DNA of 64,000 bases from Abditibacterium sp. (GTDB taxonomy: Bacteria > Armatimonadota > Abditibacteriia > Abditibacteriales > Abditibacteriaceae), in the NCBI GenBank assembly GCA_965246885.1, contig OZ251992.1, forward strand, positions 1,216,001 to 1,280,000, read 5' to 3'. A program made the translations under genes and the position numbers. The notes below the pieces were generated by a model, which saw nothing but the letters and a program-made list of their open reading frames with translations, made no database searches and had not been told where the DNA came from. Below are positions 1 to 7,048 of this stretch, piece after piece; position 1 is the stretch's first letter; every line of letters begins with the position of its first letter.

Positions 1-504
1 GCCCGTTCCCGGTTTGGCGCCCTGCCCGACGACGACTTCGATGGCGTCGGCGCGCATCACATCGTGCGGGTTGAAGCCGTAGCGCGACGGCAAGCACTGA
101 TACACGAGAGTCTGCGAATACTCGCGGTCGGTCGGGTGCATGCCGCCATCGCCGGTGCAAGTCGAGGTGCCAACGGCGGACGCGCCCAGTCCAAGGGCTT
201 CTTTGGCGTTGCGACTGAGCGCGCCGTAGCTCATGCCCGCGATGGTGATGGGCGTTTTGAGGCGAAGCGGCTTTTTGGCGAAGCGCCCGCCCAAGATAAT
301 ATCCGTCGAGCAGGTCTCGCGGTAGCCTTCGAGAGCTACGCGCGTCAGGCCCGCCGGGATAAAGGTCAGGTCTTCGAGCGTCGGGAGCGCGCGCGCGGTC
401 GAGAAAGCGCGAATGCGGTAGCGGCCCAAACGCGCTTTCTCTTGAATGTCGTGAATGGAGCTTTCGTCCCAAATGCGGGAGGCTTGGCGGTCGTCAATAG
501 GCAT
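1..504 (-). CDS. glxD: FMN-binding glutamate synthase family protein (N-methylglutamate synthase subunit, GlxD/MgsC type); 3' part lies beyond the window edge
   Basis: Manual translation from ATG at 504: MPIDDRQASRIWDESSIHDIQEKARLGRYRIR...LEGYRETC...PITIAGMSYGALS...CTGDGGM...YQCLPSRYGFNP...IEVVVGQGAKPGTG. Not in the ORF track because it has no stop in the window. Co-oriented with glxB/glxC. Confidence 0.9.
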   Translation of the reverse strand, partial: MPIDDRQASRIWDESSIHDIQEKARLGRYRIRAFSTARALPTLEDLTFIPAGLTRVALEGYRETCSTDIILGGRFAKKPLRLKTPITIAGMSYGALSRNAKEALGLGASAVGTSTCTGDGGMHPTDREYSQTLVYQCLPSRYGFNPHDVMRADAIEVVVGQGAKPGTG

Positions 505-526
505 GATGTGTGGTTGATTGGATGAT

Positions 527-715
527 TCACGGGATCGTTTCGCGGCGTCGCGGAACTCTTTCGGGAACTCGCGGAACTCTCCCCCGAACTCGCGGAACTC
601 TTTCGCGGCGTCGCTGAACTCTCTCCCGAACTCACGGAACTCCTCCGCGAACTCACGGAATCGTTTCGCGGCGTCGCGGAACTCTTCCGCGAACTCGCGG
701 AATCGTTCCGCGAAC
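527..715. repeat. Tandem array of nine 21-nt units (consensus TCGCGGAACTCTTYCGCGAAC) with a 63-nt higher-order period
   Basis: Units start at 527, 548, 569, 590, 611, 632, 653, 674 and 695. Units 1, 4 and 7 end in TTTCGCGGCG; the others end in GAAC. Confidence 0.95.
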
Positions 716-732
716 TCGTTGTGTGCGTGGAT

Positions 733-1539
733 TTAGGCAAAAATCTCCACCGCGTCGCCGCGCCGCATGACGCCGGGCGTGAGGATGCGAGCGTAGACGC
801 CGACGCCGCCTTCGTTGTGCTGGACGGCGGCGCGCAGGACGGCGGAGTCTTTGGGCAGGTCGTATTGCGGCAGCGTCGTCATCACGCAGCGCGGGCAGGG
901 GCCGGTGATTTCCATTTCGACTTCGCCGATTTTCAAGGTTTTGCCGATCCAGTCGTTCTCGACGAAGCCGGGAGCGCCTTGCGTGTCCACGATGAAGTTC
1001 GGGCGAAAGCGGCGCGCTTCCAAACGCGAGCCGGGAATAATGCCCATCAAGGTTTGCAGCGTGGAAGTCGTGAGGAGGTGAATGGTGGACAAGTCGAAGA
1101 AGGTGCCCGCGAGCGTGTTTTCGTCCGTTACGGCGTCGGCGTGCGGCAAACCCTCGACATCGGCGGGCCAAAACTCCTCTATCACCGGCACTTCCGGCGC
1201 GACCGATTCCCACGACACGGGCTTGCCGAGAGATGCCGACAGCGCCGCTTCGAGGTGCGGGTCGTTCGAGAGCATCATCGCGCCATCGGGAAGCGTCAGC
1301 ATCACGGGCGGCAGTTCGCCGTTGCCCGACAGCGCGATGGGAGCCGCGAACGCCGCGCGGTGCGAGAACATCGTCGGCCACTTGCGCGGGTTCTTCGCGG
1401 TAACGAGCTTGCCTTCCTCATCTTTGAGCGCGAACGCGCGGTCGCCCAGCACGCCCTTCTCAGTCACGAAGGAAGCGTTGAGTTCTTCGCCCATCATGGA
1501 CTTGACGGGAAAGCGGTAAATGGAAGCGAGGGTGTTCAT
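733..1539 (-). CDS. MOSC domain protein (YcbX/mARC-like)
   Basis: IYRFPVKSM, GDRAFAL, RRFRPNFIV and PCPRCVMTT motifs. Confidence 0.92.
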   Translation of the reverse strand: MNTLASIYRFPVKSMMGEELNASFVTEKGVLGDRAFALKDEEGKLVTAKNPRKWPTMFSHRAAFAAPIALSGNGELPPVMLTLPDGAMMLSNDPHLEAALSASLGKPVSWESVAPEVPVIEEFWPADVEGLPHADAVTDENTLAGTFFDLSTIHLLTTSTLQTLMGIIPGSRLEARRFRPNFIVDTQGAPGFVENDWIGKTLKIGEVEMEITGPCPRCVMTTLPQYDLPKDSAVLRAAVQHNEGGVGVYARILTPGVMRRGDAVEIFA

Positions 1540-1557
1540 GGTGTGGTTGCGCGCGGC

Positions 1558-2904
1558 TCACATCGTAATCACAAACACTTTCTTGAGCGGCTCGTGAACT
1601 TCCCAAACGGACGGGGTGTTCATCGGGAAGGAGATGATGTCGCCGGGTTTGACGAGGACGCTGGTGCCGTCGTCTATGGTGATGGTGGCGCGGCCTTCGA
1701 GGACATGGAAGGTCTCGTTGCCAAAGAACAGCCAGCGAAAGGTCGCGGGCTGCACCCACCAGAGGCCGGTGAGGTAAACCGGGTCGTTCTTCTCGTTCTT
1801 TTTGAGCCAGTGGACTTTGGGAACGGGGTCGCCTTGGAGCAGGTCGTGCGCTTCGATGGGCATCGGCTCCCAAAGCGTGGTTTCGGTGGTGGAATAGTAG
1901 ATGTTTCCCATGACGGGTTCCTTTTTGTGGTTGATTTCGGGCAGGGCGCGCAGACCGGGAACGGTGGAGCGGGGCTTTTTCTCGACTTCGCGGATGCGGG
2001 TATCGAGGAAATCCACGAGCGCGTCGTAGAAGTTGGCCCAGCCCTTGTATTCGCGCGTCGGGCGCGGCACGCCCTTGACGTTGCTGGCGAAGCGTTTGAG
2101 CCGGACGGGGTCGGCGATGACTTCCGCGAGCGGGGTTAAATAGGTGTGGATGGTGAAGAGAATCCCCTCGGTGCGCGGCAGGCGGACGAACATCTGGCGT
2201 TCGACGCGCATGTGCAAGCGGTCTCCGGCGTTCTCGTGGGTGATGCCGCGCTTGGCGGGCGCCCATTCGTGGTAGGTCGGCGGAGCGAGGTTGAGGCGGT
2301 CGGTCGCGCTGATTGTCCAATTCAAGCGCCCCGTCGGGCGGTGCGGCTTGAGGCGCTGCATCATCGAAAGCGCGGGGTGGCCAATGCGCTCGATAAAGCC
2401 GGGAGTCGGCTCGTGGATGCGCAGGAATCCCTCGCCGATTTTGTCGTCCAAGCACCAACTCGCCGCAAAGCACAAGTGCCCCGCCGCCATCGTGATGCTC
2501 TCGTCGCCGTTCATTAGGATTAAGTCCTCCTGAACGTGGCGCCCCAGCCAATCGAGCGGCGCAAGTGGAAGAGTCGAAGCGTCGCCGAGGGTGAAGGTTT
2601 CGCGCGTGCCGCGCAGGTGGTTGGCGAATGTCCACTCGGCCCCATTGCGTTCAAGGGCGAAGTGGGTGGGGTAGTGCGCGACCAAGTCGGGCAGGACGGT
2701 CTCGATGCAATCCCACGCGAGCGCGAGCGCATCAGGCGGGCACTGGAAGTAGTAGCGGTGGTCGGTCGCCAAGATTTCGTCCTTGAGCGCCATCTCTGCT
2801 GCGTAATGCTCGATGTCCACCTCGATGATTGGCCCACTTTGTGGGCGGGCGTTCATCGGCATGTCGTATTCGTCGTGATCGAAGGGGAAGTAAGGGAGGG
2901 ACAT
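1558..2904 (-). CDS. DUF3445 / heme-dependent oxidative N-demethylase alpha-subunit family protein fused to a C-terminal cupin_3 (DUF861-like) domain
   Basis: N-terminal part has VQEDLILM, CFAASWCLDDKIG, IHEPTP, RLNWTI and RVERQ..RLPRT..ILFTIHTY. C-terminal 117 aa has TGLWWVQP, ETFHVLEGRATI and PGDIISFP....WEV. Confidence 0.85.
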   Translation of the reverse strand: MSLPYFPFDHDEYDMPMNARPQSGPIIEVDIEHYAAEMALKDEILATDHRYYFQCPPDALALAWDCIETVLPDLVAHYPTHFALERNGAEWTFANHLRGTRETFTLGDASTLPLAPLDWLGRHVQEDLILMNGDESITMAAGHLCFAASWCLDDKIGEGFLRIHEPTPGFIERIGHPALSMMQRLKPHRPTGRLNWTISATDRLNLAPPTYHEWAPAKRGITHENAGDRLHMRVERQMFVRLPRTEGILFTIHTYLTPLAEVIADPVRLKRFASNVKGVPRPTREYKGWANFYDALVDFLDTRIREVEKKPRSTVPGLRALPEINHKKEPVMGNIYYSTTETTLWEPMPIEAHDLLQGDPVPKVHWLKKNEKNDPVYLTGLWWVQPATFRWLFFGNETFHVLEGRATITIDDGTSVLVKPGDIISFPMNTPSVWEVHEPLKKVFVITM

Positions 2905-2907
2905 GTT

Positions 2908-4383
2908 TTAAATCGCTTCCGCCAAGTCGTCGTCCAGCACGGGTGCGGGGATGTAAGCGGGCGCGGCGGCTTTGGCTTTGTCCTGCGCGCGGCGGATGAG
3001 GTAGAAGGGCACGAAGGTGAACATGATGAGAAAGCCCATCACGAACGGTTGGGTGATGGCCCACCCGCCCCATTGAAAGCCGCCGACAAAGAGCAAGACG
3101 GTGTTGAAGACCGCGAAGAGCGCGGCGAGGGGCACGAAGAAGGCGGGCAACTTGAAGGGGCGGTCGGCGTGCGCGGCGTCGCGGCGCAGCAGGATGTAAG
3201 CGATGGGCAGAATCATCCACACCAGCAGGTAGCCAATCGTCGAGGCGCCCACCATATTGATGACGTTGTCTTTGAAGACGACCAGCAGAAGCAGGGTGAT
3301 GAAGCAATCCCAGAACATGCCCCGGTCGGGCACGCCGAACGGGTTGAGGTGGCCGAACTGCTTGATCATCGTGCCGTCTTTGCTCATCTCGTAGACCGTG
3401 CGCGACGAGCCGATGATGGCCGTTTGCGCGCCCAGCAAAAGCGCGGCGATGAGCATCACGACGACAACCGTCGCGCCACCTTTGCCGAAAATGGCCGTCG
3501 CTGCCGGAAGAAACGCGACCTGCGGGTCTTTAGTCAGCGTGTCCACACCGACGATGCCCAGCAACACGAACGGCACGACGCCATACGCGAACATCCCGAC
3601 GAGCGAAGCGGCAATCATCGCTTTGGGCGCGTCGCGGTGCGGGTTTTTTAGTTCCGCCACAACGGTGGACGCCGACTCAAAAGCGTAGCTTGACCAGACG
3701 GCGATGAACGCCCACTTAATCATCAACAGCCACGACGCGCCCGAACTCCACGAGCCTTTGAGCGGGATGAACGGCAGGATGTTGGCCCACGAGAACAAGT
3801 GCGCGCGGTAGATGGGCGAGAGGGCGATCACCAGAAGCGGCCCCATTGCGAAGACGGCCATTGCCACGCTCATCCACACGCCCGGCTTGAGGCCGAAATA
3901 GTTGGCGCCATAAAGCGCGAGTGCCAAAACGCCCGCGACGATGGCCACGTTCGCGTTGGGCATGACGGTGCCCTTGAGGTAGCCCGCGATGAGCACGAGG
4001 TTGACCGGGATGACGGGAATCCAGCCGAGCCAATAGCCCCACGCGGCGATGGCGCCGGGAAAAGGCGACTTCTTTTTGAACGCTTCATGCGCGTAGACCG
4101 CGCCGCCGCCGGACTTGTGCGGGAACATCCCGGACATTTCGCAAATCATCAGGCAGTTGGCCACGCCAATTAGGGCAGTGAGAATCCAGATGAAGACCGA
4201 AGCGGCGCCAAGGTCGGCGGCCATCGGGCCGAGCGAAACGGCGACCAAGATGGAGCCACCCATCGAAATGACGGCGGCGCTTTTCCACGACACATGACGC
4301 TCCAGTTCGTGCGAGTCGGCGGTGTGTTCCTTGCCGGAGATGCCAACGGTGGGCATCGAGTTTGGGTTTGTTTGTGCGGCCAT
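2908..4383 (-). CDS. APC-family amino acid/amine permease
   Basis: About 12 hydrophobic segments; EMSGMFPHKSGG, AELKNPHRDAPKA and RPFKLP motifs. Confidence 0.9.
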   Translation of the reverse strand: MAAQTNPNSMPTVGISGKEHTADSHELERHVSWKSAAVISMGGSILVAVSLGPMAADLGAASVFIWILTALIGVANCLMICEMSGMFPHKSGGGAVYAHEAFKKKSPFPGAIAAWGYWLGWIPVIPVNLVLIAGYLKGTVMPNANVAIVAGVLALALYGANYFGLKPGVWMSVAMAVFAMGPLLVIALSPIYRAHLFSWANILPFIPLKGSWSSGASWLLMIKWAFIAVWSSYAFESASTVVAELKNPHRDAPKAMIAASLVGMFAYGVVPFVLLGIVGVDTLTKDPQVAFLPAATAIFGKGGATVVVVMLIAALLLGAQTAIIGSSRTVYEMSKDGTMIKQFGHLNPFGVPDRGMFWDCFITLLLLVVFKDNVINMVGASTIGYLLVWMILPIAYILLRRDAAHADRPFKLPAFFVPLAALFAVFNTVLLFVGGFQWGGWAITQPFVMGFLIMFTFVPFYLIRRAQDKAKAAAPAYIPAPVLDDDLAEAI

Positions 4384-4428
4384 AGGGATTGTTCCTTTGG
4401 GATTGGGGTGGTGCGCGTCGTAACGGGG

Positions 4429-5145
4429 TTAAAGCGCCTGCTTCCAAATCTCTTTTTCTTTGGTGTTGAAGTTGTAAAGTCGTCGGGCCGACTCGACTTT
4501 GCGGAAGTCGTCGGGCCGGAAATCCACGCCCGCTTCGAGGAAGGTTTCGGAAAGAAACTCGACATCGCGGGCGTTTAGCTCCGCCATTTGCGCGTCGGCG
4601 CCCAGCGATTTGGCTTGGCCGCGAATGTAAATCTTGCCTTCGTAAAGCGAGTCGCCCAACGCTTCGTCGGCGTCGCCGCCGATGATGAGGGCGCCCTTTT
4701 GCATCATAAAGCACGACATCACGCCGACATCGCCGGTAACGAGGAGGGTGCCGCCCTTCATGGCGGCGGCGGTGCGCGCTCCCGCGTCGCCATGCACGAC
4801 AACCAAACCGCCGCGCATGGTGGCGCCCGTCGCGCTGCCCGAACTGCCGTGAAGGATGACCTTGCCGCCCATCAGGTTTTCGGCCAGTCCCCAACCGGCG
4901 CCGCCCATAATTTCGACTTCGACGCCGTCGCAAAGGCCAGCGCAGTAGTAGCCGACCGGCCCTTCGATGCGGATGCGAAGCGGCTTGACAAGGCCCACGC
5001 CGATGTTATGGCGCGAGTCGGGATTGAACAAGACGACGGACAGCGTTTCGCCTAAGACGGAAGCGCTCGCGTGTTCGCGCAGAAAAGTGTTGATCTCGCG
5101 CGTCGAGTGCGCCGAGCAATCGAGGGTGGTTAATCCAGCGCCCAT
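4429..5145 (-). CDS. glxC: Glutamate synthase GXGXG-domain protein (GlxC/MgsB type)
   Basis: Start reassigned to ATG 5145 (AGGAG upstream). Gly-rich repeats GPVGYYCAG, GWGLAENLMGG, GARTAAAMKGG and LGDSLYEG; C-terminal SARRLYNF. Confidence 0.88.
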   Translation of the reverse strand: MGAGLTTLDCSAHSTREINTFLREHASASVLGETLSVVLFNPDSRHNIGVGLVKPLRIRIEGPVGYYCAGLCDGVEVEIMGGAGWGLAENLMGGKVILHGSSGSATGATMRGGLVVVHGDAGARTAAAMKGGTLLVTGDVGVMSCFMMQKGALIIGGDADEALGDSLYEGKIYIRGQAKSLGADAQMAELNARDVEFLSETFLEAGVDFRPDDFRKVESARRLYNFNTKEKEIWKQAL

Positions 5146-6032
5146 GTTTTGGTCTCCTGTGGTTTGATTTCGCGGATGCGCGCATCCATGCCGCACGCAT
5201 GATACAGCGACTGCGGCTCCGACCCAAGCGTGACGCCCGCGTCGGTTTCGACGTATAGCAAGGGCTTGGTCGCAAGCGGGTCGCGCGTCACGCCGAGGGC
5301 GTTTTCGGTGGCGACGATGAACGAGAACGAGCCGTCGAGTTGGGTTTTGGCGGTTTCGAGCGCCTCGAACAAAGTTGCGCCACTCTCCATCAGGTCGCCC
5401 AGAAAGACGCCGATGATTTCGGAGTCGTTGTGTGAAGCGAACGAAAAGCCGCGCGCCTCGAAGCGTTGCCGAAGTTTGTAGTAGTTCGTGATATGCCCGT
5501 TGTGCGTGACGGCGATGTCGGAGAACGGGCGCCCCCAAAACGGCTGGGCGTGCGCGGGGTCAATGCGGCTTTCGGTCGCCAACCGCAAGTGAGCGATGCC
5601 ATGCGTGCCCTTTAAATCCGCGATTTGCGGCGCCAATTCTTCGATGCGCCCGACGGCCTTGTAGACGCTCATGCGCTCGCCCAAGCCGGACACCGTCGCG
5701 CCGGGAAAGGCATCTTCGAGCAAGCGCACAAGCGCGAGGTCGTCAAGAGAATTTGGCGGGTCGTCGCCCCTAAGGGGCGCGTCGAAACCGCCGGTTTGCG
5801 CGTGGAAAGATTGGAGACGTCCGCCCGAAGCGGCGCTCAGTTCGTCAAAAGAAGGCGCGCCAATCGAAGCGGGCAACGCCATTTGCAAGTGCGAGGCGCC
5901 AATCGCCCCGAAAACCGCGACGCCCGCCGAATCGGCGCCGCGATGTTGAAGAGTGCGCGCCATTTCCAAAAGCGTTGCGCCGATGGAAAAGTCGCTCGTG
6001 TCGCGTCGAAGGACGCCAGCAATGCCGCACAT
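5130..6032 (-). CDS. glxB: Class II (Ntn) glutamine amidotransferase (GlxB/MgsA type)
   Basis: MCGIAG N-terminus; HRGADSAG, HLRLATES, HAQPF, HNGHITNY and NDSE motifs. Confidence 0.9.
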   Translation of the reverse strand: MCGIAGVLRRDTSDFSIGATLLEMARTLQHRGADSAGVAVFGAIGASHLQMALPASIGAPSFDELSAASGGRLQSFHAQTGGFDAPLRGDDPPNSLDDLALVRLLEDAFPGATVSGLGERMSVYKAVGRIEELAPQIADLKGTHGIAHLRLATESRIDPAHAQPFWGRPFSDIAVTHNGHITNYYKLRQRFEARGFSFASHNDSEIIGVFLGDLMESGATLFEALETAKTQLDGSFSFIVATENALGVTRDPLATKPLLYVETDAGVTLGSEPQSLYHACGMDARIREIKPQETKTWALD

Positions 6033-6159
6033 AGGGATAGGAAAAACGGTGGCCTAAAAACCAACGCCCTCCATTTTCCCCCCGCCATGTCAACCCAAAA
6101 TGAACGCCGCGAAAACATTGCCGCGACCTTGAATGAACGCCATGTTTCGCCGCAATCGG

Positions 6160-6195
6160 CAAACGGCCCGCTTTCTTTGGAAAGCGGGCCGTTTG
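6160..6195. terminator. 16-bp stem-loop downstream of the nuclease gene and upstream of the glx cluster
   Basis: CAAACGGCCCGCTTTC-TTTG-GAAAGCGGGCCGTTTG. Confidence 0.6.
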
Positions 6196-6265
6196 TTTCG
6201 GTTGGGTTATGCGTGAAAAAGCCCGGTGTTACGTAGGGCTGTTTCGGCGGGTCGGGGGCTTTTGG

Positions 6266-6973
6266 CTACTCATATCCGGGGTAGAGAAGAGTCACACATT
6301 CTGGGCAGATGAATCGTCTATCCCAAGTCGAGCCGTCGTCAGGGCGGCGAGTATGCAGTGGCGTTTTTCTGCGGCCTGTGACGTGGCTCCAGAACACCAA
6401 GCCCTTTTCTTCGCTTATGGCTGAGCCGATGCTTTGCGAGTAGCGCTCGCTGCTTTGTGCTCGCCGCATATTTGACCACCCCCTTGGCTTATCTACGGTA
6501 TTGAGGCGAAAGAAGTCGCCACAAAAGCGGCAACGTCCCAAGCCCACGCCTTCGAGAAGGGACAACCGCAACCGCTCGATGGGTTGATACACCGGGCTGG
6601 AAAGAACTTCGGCGCAACTAAAGGGAGACTGCCGGATTTCGATAAGCCCCACGCCTAAGTGCCGCGCCACTTCCACTTCTTCAAACGAGAAACCTTGAGG
6701 TCGCACATCCGCCAGATAAACCAAGTTGGTCATAATTCGGTAGCCCAAGGCTTGACCAACCGTTGCCGCGAATTGGGTTGCGCCTCGTTTGACTTCGATG
6801 GAAAGGGTTTCCACTTCGCCACTCAAGTCGCCTCCCGCGTCACGCACGCCCAAAACATCGACGCGGCCAAAGGCGATGCCGCGATTGATGAACACATCGA
6901 AACATCTAAAGTGCGACTTTGCCCATTCGCCAACAGGCGCATAAAGTTCGGCTTCTAAATCAGTGCTTGCCAT
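6266..6973 (-). CDS. PD-(D/E)xK restriction-endonuclease-fold protein with a putative C-terminal Zn-binding region
   Basis: GRVDVLG...SIEVK catalytic spacing, GQALGY (QxxxY), CRFC...CPEC. Visibly lower GC than its flanks. Confidence 0.7.
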   Translation of the reverse strand: MASTDLEAELYAPVGEWAKSHFRCFDVFINRGIAFGRVDVLGVRDAGGDLSGEVETLSIEVKRGATQFAATVGQALGYRIMTNLVYLADVRPQGFSFEEVEVARHLGVGLIEIRQSPFSCAEVLSSPVYQPIERLRLSLLEGVGLGRCRFCGDFFRLNTVDKPRGWSNMRRAQSSERYSQSIGSAISEEKGLVFWSHVTGRRKTPLHTRRPDDGSTWDRRFICPECVTLLYPGYE

Positions 6974-7048
6974 GTTGACCAGTTTGCTTGAGTCGCCGCC
7001 GCCACGCCCGAAACAGCCAGTCGCGCCGCGCGCCGTCCGATGTGCAGC

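Noticed and set aside
721..3651. Long plus-strand ORFs antisense to real genes (721-2139, 2536-3651; likewise 17990-19726, 42523-44013, 48059-49267, 53367-54659)
   Set aside because: Shadow ORFs caused by high-GC codon bias, with no recognisable motifs.
5146..5538. N-terminal extension of glxC in the ORF track
   Set aside because: Overlaps glxB out of frame; the ATG at 5145 has a clear RBS.
6033..6265. Glutamine (glnA-type) riboswitch suggested by CGTTCAT words on the minus strand
   Set aside because: The downstream GGAAG/GAAG elements and closing pairing of that motif are not visible.
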